Below are positions 1 through 7,334 of a stretch of 64,000 bases of DNA, piece by piece. The DNA is from Epithemia pelagica (taxonomy: Eukaryota > Protista > Bacillariophyta), in contig OX337238.1 in NCBI GenBank assembly GCA_946965045.2, positions 2,604,001 through 2,668,000 on the forward strand, read 5' to 3'. The position numbers were made by a program, and so were the translations under genes. The stretch's first letter is position 1; the number at the start of each line of letters is the position of its first letter. The notes beneath the pieces are model-generated. The model was not told the DNA's origin, did no database searches, and worked only from the letters and a program-made list of their open reading frames with translations.

Positions 1-1322
1 GCGTTGGGGTTGTATGTGACCCGACGGAAGGCGGCACTGATATCATCGGCGCTGAGCAGTATGTCTTCCGAGGGATGGTCAATACGCAGATTGTAGATGT
101 ACCGCAAAAAGCGTAGGAAAGCCGTGCCGTAAGCCACCGCGGGGTTACAGTCATCGTCATGTCCAGCATCTGGAATTTGGGCATTGGTGTTGCCGTCATC
201 AGTGTCTGTGATTTTGGAGCTTGGATCGATGCACAAGCGGCCGGTGTCGCCGATGCGGTGGGGTTTGGGCGCTACCCAGTTAATGAGTGAAAGGAAAAGA
301 CCGGGGAGGAACCGCCAGATAATTCGGGGAAGGAAAAGATGATACTGTAGCTGTTCCTCTTTCTTGAACTTTTTGGTGATTTCCTCTAAGTTTTCTTGGA
401 CCCCGGGGTAGTTGTCAAGGAGGTTGCGTTGGGAAACGGCAACGCGACTACAGGAATAGTGGCCTGCGAGAGGGGCGCCCAGGTGAAAAAGTTGCCAAGT
501 GCGGGCATAGTCCAACCGTGGATAGTCCGGTGGGGGCTCAAAAGCTTTGACGCGGTCAATGATGTCGAAGGTGTCTGCCAGGCGTCTGTGATGATTATTG
601 TAGATTCCGCCAAGCCAGCGGTACATGTCCGCATAGACAAAGTTTGCGCGACAAAGGGCAACGGCAAGCAGAAAAGCCTTACGGAATGGAAGGGGTTGGG
701 ATTTGTCTTCGCAGGGGGGTATGCGACAGACAGCAAGAGAGGTGCCATGAGCAGCAGCAACGCGGAGACGATGATAGAAGTGGAAGCTTGGCGAGGAGGC
801 GACTAGGTTTTGTTGGTCCTGTGGGGACAAAAAATCCCATGCGTAGTGGCCGAGCAATTCAGGGGAAACAACATGGGGTGCGGTTGCCGCAAGGGGAGTG
901 CCGTCAGGAGCAGCATGGGATGTGCCGACGTTGAGACGGTCAGGACCGAAACCAATTCGTTTGCGATGGTGTGTGAACGACCAGAGAGGGAACAGGGGAA
1001 GAATTCCCCAGTTGGGCACCAAGGAGGAAGAGGCAAGGAGGAGTTGGGAGCGATCGGCGTCGGTCAAAAAGGGGTTGACGGTGGTTAACACCGTGTGCAA
1101 CGTTGGCAACTCATAGGAGACCCGAGAGGGGGCAGCACGTGGGTGAGAAGGAAATACTGGTAGTTTGGGGACAGTAGGGACAGCCTCAGTAGAGGGAGCG
1201 GGAAGGGAGAGGAGAAGATCTGCCGTAGAGGTGGGATAAAATTTCTCTGGTGAAGTGGGAGGCATTTCATCAGACCACGGCGAACGGGCGCAAGTCGAAC
1301 CTGGGCGATGATGTGCCGGTAG
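1..1322 (-). CDS. pol: Reverse transcriptase (pol) N-terminal part, open to the left window edge; absent from the ORF track
   Basis: Hand translation of 1322->2 has no stop: LPAHHRPG...MPPTSPEKF(ATG 1265)...ANFVYADMYRWLGGIY...PPDYPRLDY...GAPLAGHY...RNLLDNYPGV...GRLCIDPSSKI...DILLSADDISAAFRRVTYNP. Confidence 0.8.
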
Positions 1323-3434
1323 TCACGACGAGGGCGGGGGTTGTTGAGGGGCGTTTGGACGGTTCGGACGGTCTGAAGCCATGTGGGCTGCAAATTCCGG
1401 TGTAGGTTGGAGAAGGTGGCGAACGCGATCATGGTGACAGAACTCCCAGAGCGGTTTAAGGGAGGATTGGGGCCAGTTGGAGATAGCCTGGGGAGAAAGG
1501 CAGACGTGGTGTCGATTGCATTGCAACGGTTGGCCTTCCGAGTTTGTGCGTGAACGATGGGGACCGGTGCACCCGACAACAGAGTTCTTGTCGATGTACA
1601 TAAAGCAATATTGCTTTTGGTCGAAACGGGGAATGGTGAGGGAAGACGCGAGGTCGGCAAGGAGCTTACCTGAGTGGGTATAACGTTCCTTCCCTGCCGC
1701 GGTGAGGGTGACAAGCGGGACGAGAGCTTTTTGGCCAGGGCGACGCTGGGGTTGAGCGGAGTCAGAACGAGCACGCTTGGGCGGTGGTTGGTCGGCAGCA
1801 CGGTCAGGAGGACGGTCCGAGGGAGAGCGACGCCGTTGGGCACGATCGTAGCGTTCAAGAGGAGAACGAGAGTCACCCCGGTGATCAGGACGAGATGGTA
1901 GGAGATAGTTGGGGGTGGAGCGGCAAAACAAGGGTGACATGGAGTTGGTGTGTTGGTGGGAGAGTATTGTAGGAGCCGTAAATAATAGGGTAAAGGTGGA
2001 TCGCCAATCCAAACAGTAGGTGAGATTTGAGTCGGTTGAGTGCGGGCTCACATCGTAGATGAGAGTGCACTGGGGAACAAAGCCTTCAGGGTCTGCGGTG
2101 GCAGGGCAAGCTATTTTGGTACGATTCTGGGCGCCCCAGCGGAGGAATTGTTGAAACAGGTCACAGGTGTGATGGAGAAGGGCCTGAGACAATTGTAGCG
2201 TGTGACTGGGTTGCGAGGAAGCCAATGTCGACCATGCATCTCGAGTTTGAGCTTGATCAAACTGATGAGCTGCCCAAAGCAATTGACCGGCAAGGGGACC
2301 GCGGAGAAGAAAGGGGCTAAATCCTGGAGGGAATTGGGGGAAGGAGTCGTCGTTGGTGAGTACCGTGTTTAAGAAAAACACAATATGATGGAAGAACAGC
2401 TTAAACTGGGTGCAGGAGAGACCTTGTTGCGGGAGGCGACCCTCTGGGGACAAGGGGATGGACCATAGGAAGTGCCAAGGAGTAAGGGATAGATATAATG
2501 ACTTAGGGTCGTCGAGATGAAGAGTCTGACCTGCGTTGATTCGGAATGTTCTCAGTGCTTTACGCGGGGCTTCTGCGTGAAGGAAAGACTGAGAAAAATC
2601 GACGCGGAACGGAGCCACCGGGTATTTGGAAGCTTCGATGGCGGCGGCGAGGAGGTCAATGGCCGCTACCTCGGCGGCAGAGCTGCGATGATCAGCGCCT
2701 GCGTAGGGCAGAACTTGGCGCAGCCAATCGTTGTTGAGATGGCTGGGGGTATGGAGAAGCTCGTGGGAATAGGAGGGACGTCTCGTGGTTGTGGGCAAGT
2801 TGGGGTCAACCAAACGTAGATCAGTAGGTAGAGCAACGATGCCCAGGAAGGCCCATTGGACTACATGAGGTGGGAGTTGGTCTGTGTCCTGGAAAATAAA
2901 GCGGTCAAAAGTAAATTGACCGCGCTCTTCCATGGTGCGTCGGATGAGGGGAAGATACGCGGAGGAAGCCAAGGTGGAATGCACATATTTGAGCCTTGTG
3001 CTCGTAAACCAAGTTGGGTTGTCAACCGGGAGATACCAGGGTGAGGTAGTGGTGGAAACCAGGGGTGCGTCCCAGGCCTGACGTTGGTGCGCCAAGGGGT
3101 TGAAGGATTGGGAGTGGTAGGACTCCATGGCTGGAGAGGCTGGGTGATAATGAGTGGGTCGACGTGGTGGGTTGTGGGGTGCATGAGGAGAGGCGTTGGA
3201 GTAGGCATTGGCTGTAGAGGTGGAAGGAGATCGCTGGAGGTGGGGGGGAGGAAGGGGGGGGAGGAAATGCTCCTGTCGCGAGGGAGGACGAGGCGGAAGG
3301 TGCTGAAAGGAGGTTTGGGTGGGAAACGACGGTGGGTCCGGACCGACGAGGAGACGATTCTGATGGGGTTGAGGTGGCGGCTGCTGTGGTTCCAGCTGCT
3401 GAGGGGGTGGAGGAGCACGCTGTTGTGGTTCCAT
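1323..3434 (-). CDS. Gag-like ORF2 of the DIRS-like element (703 aa; Pro-rich N-terminus, C-terminal Cys/His finger)
   Basis: ORF track. C-terminal YCFMYIDKNSVVGCTGPHRSRTNSEGQPLQCNRHHVCL follows an Arg/Asp-rich basic patch. Ends TGA-CTA in frame with pol. Confidence 0.65.
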   Translation of the reverse strand: MEPQQRAPPPPQQLEPQQPPPQPHQNRLLVGPDPPSFPTQTSFQHLPPRPPSRQEHFLPPLPPPHLQRSPSTSTANAYSNASPHAPHNPPRRPTHYHPASPAMESYHSQSFNPLAHQRQAWDAPLVSTTTSPWYLPVDNPTWFTSTRLKYVHSTLASSAYLPLIRRTMEERGQFTFDRFIFQDTDQLPPHVVQWAFLGIVALPTDLRLVDPNLPTTTRRPSYSHELLHTPSHLNNDWLRQVLPYAGADHRSSAAEVAAIDLLAAAIEASKYPVAPFRVDFSQSFLHAEAPRKALRTFRINAGQTLHLDDPKSLYLSLTPWHFLWSIPLSPEGRLPQQGLSCTQFKLFFHHIVFFLNTVLTNDDSFPQFPPGFSPFLLRGPLAGQLLWAAHQFDQAQTRDAWSTLASSQPSHTLQLSQALLHHTCDLFQQFLRWGAQNRTKIACPATADPEGFVPQCTLIYDVSPHSTDSNLTYCLDWRSTFTLLFTAPTILSHQHTNSMSPLFCRSTPNYLLPSRPDHRGDSRSPLERYDRAQRRRSPSDRPPDRAADQPPPKRARSDSAQPQRRPGQKALVPLVTLTAAGKERYTHSGKLLADLASSLTIPRFDQKQYCFMYIDKNSVVGCTGPHRSRTNSEGQPLQCNRHHVCLSPQAISNWPQSSLKPLWEFCHHDRVRHLLQPTPEFAAHMASDRPNRPNAPQQPPPSS

Positions 3435-3590
3435 GTGCTGGGGTTGCAGAGGAGCACGAGAGACAGGGACTGGTGCAGGAAACCGTGGCGAGGGGTCCAG
3501 GGCTGCTGGTGAGGGAATGCGAGCCGTTGGAGGGTGAAAGGCTGTAGGACGACGAGAGAGGCTTTCTGCGGGAGGTTCCAGAGGGAATGG

Positions 3591-5291
3591 TCAAACTTCC
3601 GGTGTCTGGGGAGAGGAAGGAGGGTTTTTTTGCGAGGGTTTGTCCGGGGAATCGACATTCAAACGGGTAACCGTGTTGGGTTGGGGTGGGTTGAGGGACG
3701 AAGATGGTGACCGCTCTTGTGGGGTGGATATGGCGCGTTGAGCGAGATGATCGTTTGGGAGGTGATTCAAAAAATCCGGAAGGTATTTTTGGACATCAAA
3801 GGAAGAAAAGGATTTGAAACCGTAGGAGGTGGACCACGACTGTGTTTGAGGGCGAAAGAGGAAAGGAACGTATGTGTGGGTGTTGTCCACGTGAGGGATG
3901 TTTTGAGGGAGGAACAGGTCGACGTCTTGGGAGGATAGCATGGTTGCTTTCTCCCGAAAGAAAGTGAAGAATTTGGTTCGCATGGTATGGGACGGATTGT
4001 TTTGGAGGAGTGCATCCGAGAAAAGCTTGGTTGTAAGGGAGAAGAAAGGATGCACAAACAGGGCTTCATAAGGGTGGATACGAGCCGGATAAGAACGGGG
4101 AAGGTTGGTAGAGATGGGGACGTTCTTGAGGGTGGTGAGGTCGGATGCTATCTGCTTGGAAGTGTGCCAAACAGTAGCAAAGTCGTCGGCGCGTTGACTC
4201 ACGGTGAGGAGCCAATCGTTGACAAAAGGGACGTCAAGCCAAGAGAGAGTTGTTGCCAAGTCTTTGAGATGGGAAGAACGAGTGGCTGGCATCGGGTTGT
4301 AGGTTTGATTCCAACCAAGAATAGTGTTAATTAAACTGGCGGAGTCAGGAATGGAGGCAGGATCGAAAAGGAGACCAATAGGAAGATGATGATGACGAGG
4401 AAGGGGAAGGGCGGAAAGAGCAATCCAGGAGCCCTCGATAGGAGAAGTGTTCTCAACGGGAATTGTGAGAATGGGTTCGTCGACGCGATGGAGGCGCGAG
4501 AAAATTTGATGGGCATGTGGGGGGGAGTCTTGGGAGGGGATCCAAAGAGAATGCCACGGGTCGTCAGGCGAGTGGAGGCGTGACGTAGACTGTTCAAGGA
4601 TAACAGTGGAAAATAGGGCTCGGTGAGCACGGAGGGAGGCCAGTATGGAACTGGGGTGGGAAGTAATCCACGAGTAAGGGTTAAGTTGTGAAATGGATTG
4701 GGGACGGATGCCCGATTGGAAAGCGAACGCAGGGGCAATTAACGTTGTAGGAAAACGAAACTGCGAGGAGCTGATTTTCTGGGGGGTATCGGAAAATACA
4801 TGTGCTTGCAAGCCTTTTCCGTTGAAGGCAAACGCCGTGGGCCCGAGGACAACCAGGTAAGGGCCGGATGGGGGTGGGATTTTGGAGGAAAGCTTGCTGG
4901 GATCGGTGGTGGGAGCCGAGTCAAGCTGGACAACGGCTAGGAAGCCGGCAATAGTAGGTGAGTCTGCAGCCAGGGCATACTTGGCAGGGGAAGTAACTAC
5001 GGTAGCGTCGGGAGAGGAATTATTTGGCCCAAAATTCAAGGAAAGAAGATTGGCCAAAAATTCCTTCTGGATTTCCTTGGATTTTTCTTCAGGGGACAAG
5101 AAAATAAAGTCTTTAGAGTTTTGGAGATCGGTAGGGTGAAGAGGAGACATGCCGGAGAACTGATTTGGATAGGTTGTGGTGGATGCCACAGGCTTGAACA
5201 AACCAGAGGGGGAAAACGAAAGGAACGACTGGGTCGTATCGGGAGAGATTAATCCGCGAAGGGTAGGATTAATAGCGAAAGATAACGACAT
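3591..5291 (-). CDS. ORF1 of the DIRS-like element, unknown function (~566 aa from first ATG)
   Basis: Long ORF (track 3591..5354 uses TTG); first ATG at 5291. Same frame as ORF2, separated by TGA-CCA and 52 sense codons. No domain recognised. Confidence 0.6.
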   Translation of the reverse strand: MSLSFAINPTLRGLISPDTTQSFLSFSPSGLFKPVASTTTYPNQFSGMSPLHPTDLQNSKDFIFLSPEEKSKEIQKEFLANLLSLNFGPNNSSPDATVVTSPAKYALAADSPTIAGFLAVVQLDSAPTTDPSKLSSKIPPPSGPYLVVLGPTAFAFNGKGLQAHVFSDTPQKISSSQFRFPTTLIAPAFAFQSGIRPQSISQLNPYSWITSHPSSILASLRAHRALFSTVILEQSTSRLHSPDDPWHSLWIPSQDSPPHAHQIFSRLHRVDEPILTIPVENTSPIEGSWIALSALPLPRHHHLPIGLLFDPASIPDSASLINTILGWNQTYNPMPATRSSHLKDLATTLSWLDVPFVNDWLLTVSQRADDFATVWHTSKQIASDLTTLKNVPISTNLPRSYPARIHPYEALFVHPFFSLTTKLFSDALLQNNPSHTMRTKFFTFFREKATMLSSQDVDLFLPQNIPHVDNTHTYVPFLFRPQTQSWSTSYGFKSFSSFDVQKYLPDFLNHLPNDHLAQRAISTPQERSPSSSLNPPQPNTVTRLNVDSPDKPSQKNPPSSPQTPEV

Positions 5292-5386
5292 GACAAAGGA
5301 AGCAAAGGCAAAGACAAGAAAGAAAGAAGAAAGGAAGAAAAACACCAACAGCAAACTTGATAGAGATTGCGTTGCTCCAAAAACTC

Positions 5387-5455
5387 ATGCCACAGCGCCA
5401 AATTGCCAAAATTCACTCCCCATCGGAACGTTCCAAAAACTCTCTAACAACGACA
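5387..5455 (+). repeat. Copia 5' LTR remnant (last 69 bp)
   Basis: ATGCCACAGCGCC...CTAACAACGACA is identical to 11762-11830. Confidence 0.92.
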
Positions 5456-5469
5456 GGTTATGAGCCCAA
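5456..5469 (+). promoter_or_regulatory. Primer-binding site (copia-type, internal half of tRNA-iMet)
   Basis: GGTTATGAGCCCAA directly after the LTR CA; resembles the Drosophila copia PBS GGTTATGGGCCCAG. Confidence 0.75.
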
Positions 5470-5575
5470 GCGTTATCACTGGAGTCTGGTACTAATACTT
5501 TCATACTGTCTCATGTCACAGTTTCTGAGAAACAGTTTACTTAAGCCTCTAATCGTGTTGCGACAGAATGCTATT

Positions 5576-6541
5576 ATGCCTTCCGCATCAACCCGAACCC
5601 TTACCGCCTCCTTCAAAGGCAAGTGGGAGTCAACTTCTTCGGTCTCCCAAAAGACGAGAGGACATCTTTCGTGGTTCTCACAGTTTCGTTGCACGAATCC
5701 TGTTGAACGAGTTCACATCCCCTCGAAGCCTTTGACTTACCTTTTCCCTTTTCGACCTTTGACAATGACTGAAGCCGATAGCACGGAGACTGGCATTCCT
5801 GCCACCCCTGACTCGAAGAGCTCTTCCGGCGGGATGACCCCTCTCTCCACGGGTCCGTCGCCTGGCGATTCTGGATTCCTTAAGACCCCGATTCAAACTC
5901 CGACCCTCAAAGATGTGACTATGAATGGGATCACCTTTACCAAGAAGAAGACGCGTACTTTCGAGTTGGGCGCATTTGCCAAATTTCTCAGTCTCTTGGA
6001 GGCTTTCGAGAACACCGATGCACCCATTTTGTCCGACTTCATGCTCCTTCGTGAACGCGTCATCAAGAAATATAACGATCTTCTTCTTGCGAACAAGTGG
6101 CTTCCTACTACGATTGACCACGCCAGTTCGTCCTTCCAGAGCAAGAGTTCTTCTCCACAAGGCAAGTCTGGTGATTCTGGTTCTGGCGGTCGTCGCTCCT
6201 TTCTGATTGACACCACACCACCGGCTGATGGTGCAGCGAATTGGCGTCCTCACCCCGGCAACCCATCCAAAAAGCAATACTGGTGTGGTTTGTGCCCTAA
6301 TGGTCTTCCCAACGGGCTTGGTCGTTGGGGTAACCATAGCACGGACCGCCATGATCCGAACAAGGTCAAACAGCGTACTCGCACCACCGCCAACCGTACT
6401 TCTACTACACCCACTCCGACAACAACGACTGCACCCAACACTTCGACTTCATCTGTGTCCGACGACACTGCCGCCGATGATTCAAACACCGGTACTACTG
6501 CTTCCGTTGCGTTGCTCTCCTCTTTGCGGGATTTTTCTTAG
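5576..6541 (+). CDS. gag: Copia gag (start uncertain: ATG 5513, 5576 or 5765)
   Basis: In-frame ORF after the PBS with a C-terminal W..HPG..K.YWCGLC...GRWGNHSTDRH Cys/His motif; ends GAT TTT TCT TAG. Confidence 0.7.
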   Translation: MPSASTRTLTASFKGKWESTSSVSQKTRGHLSWFSQFRCTNPVERVHIPSKPLTYLFPFRPLTMTEADSTETGIPATPDSKSSSGGMTPLSTGPSPGDSGFLKTPIQTPTLKDVTMNGITFTKKKTRTFELGAFAKFLSLLEAFENTDAPILSDFMLLRERVIKKYNDLLLANKWLPTTIDHASSSFQSKSSSPQGKSGDSGSGGRRSFLIDTTPPADGAANWRPHPGNPSKKQYWCGLCPNGLPNGLGRWGNHSTDRHDPNKVKQRTRTTANRTSTTPTPTTTTAPNTSTSSVSDDTAADDSNTGTTASVALLSSLRDFS

Positions 6542-6570
6542 GGCGGACATCCCTCCAATGTTCCACTGCC
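6529..6570 (+). promoter_or_regulatory. Putative -1 ribosomal frameshift signal at gag end
   Basis: G GAT TTT heptamer in the gag frame (6529-6535), 5-nt spacer, then stem-loop GGGCGG-ACAT/ATGT-CTGCCC (6541-6570). Confidence 0.55.
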
Positions 6571-7334
6571 CTTTTACCGCTCAGATTGGAGATCTTTTTT
6601 CTTTACATATTTGTTGGATTGTTACTTGGATGATGTCCCTTTGGTTGTCGATGTTGGCTGCTTCGTGTTTTGGTTTTGACTCTTTACCGGTTTACTGTTT
6701 CCCTTTTACTTGGCCGTGTGTATACTCTTTCTGCTCGCGCTTTTACGTTTTCTTCAAGATTCCTTGGTGGCAATTTCAATGGTCCTTCGGTCGTCTCAGT
6801 TGTCGGTTGTCGCGCTCTCACGTATTCGGTTCCTTCTTCTGGCTCTGGTATCTCTTCTGTGGCGTCTTCGATTCTACGTTGATTGTTGGTTGTCACGCTT
6901 TGCGACTTGGTCGGCACTCCTCTCCCTTACTGGATCATTTGGATAAACTTGACTCGGACTCGCTTTTACCCACTCGCTTCCCTCCCAGTGGTTTTGATTC
7001 GCGTCTTGGTTTGGGTGCTCATGTTGTCAACTTGACCTCTTTGTCTCGGCTGATTCTCCACCACCGACTGACTGTGTTTGGATCTGCTGCAGATCCGCTC
7101 CGTACTCCGTTTCTACCTACACGGCTCTGGGGCGAGAATTTTGGTCGACGACGACGCAGACGATTCCAGCCATCGACTGACCTCTACCTTAGCTACCTCA
7201 AGGGACTCGATGATGACAGTATTTCCAACTTAGTCTTGATGGCGTTCCTAACACCTGTTGACGATTGTTGCTTTTGGGATCCTGTGTTATGGGACAAGTT
7301 TTCGGACGGACTGGGATTCGAGCTCTAACCACCT

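Larger units (their letters stand above)
1..5386 (-). mobile_element. DIRS/Ngaro-like (tyrosine-recombinase class) retrotransposon, 3' part outside window
   Basis: Three consecutive minus-strand ORFs in one frame. The last encodes RT N-terminal motifs (GRLCIDPS; DILLSADDISAAFRRV). The middle ends in a C-x-C...C-x3-H-x-C finger like DIRS/Ngaro gag. The right boundary is where identity to the Copia LTR begins (5387). The YR domain is not visible, so the class call is an inference. Confidence 0.7.

Noticed and set aside
1-5354. UGA reassignment (variant genetic code) or selenocysteine as the explanation of the in-frame TGAs
   Set aside because: Host genes here (K3, K4, PhyH, receiver protein) end normally at TGA. 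The TGAs are in Pro-rich linkers, not redox motifs, and I cannot support a SECIS.
5357-5512. Gag N-terminal extension and ORF 11159..11965
   Set aside because: They run through LTR/PBS sequence from non-ATG starts; artefacts of open LTR frames.
6537-6543. Ty1-like +1 frameshift heptamer CTT AGG
   Set aside because: Not in the gag frame, and followed by G rather than the required C.
6207-7328. env-like gene
   Set aside because: Wrong position (upstream of pol), no signal peptide or furin/fusion pattern, and T-rich composition explains much of the hydrophobicity. Kept only as a low-level finding.
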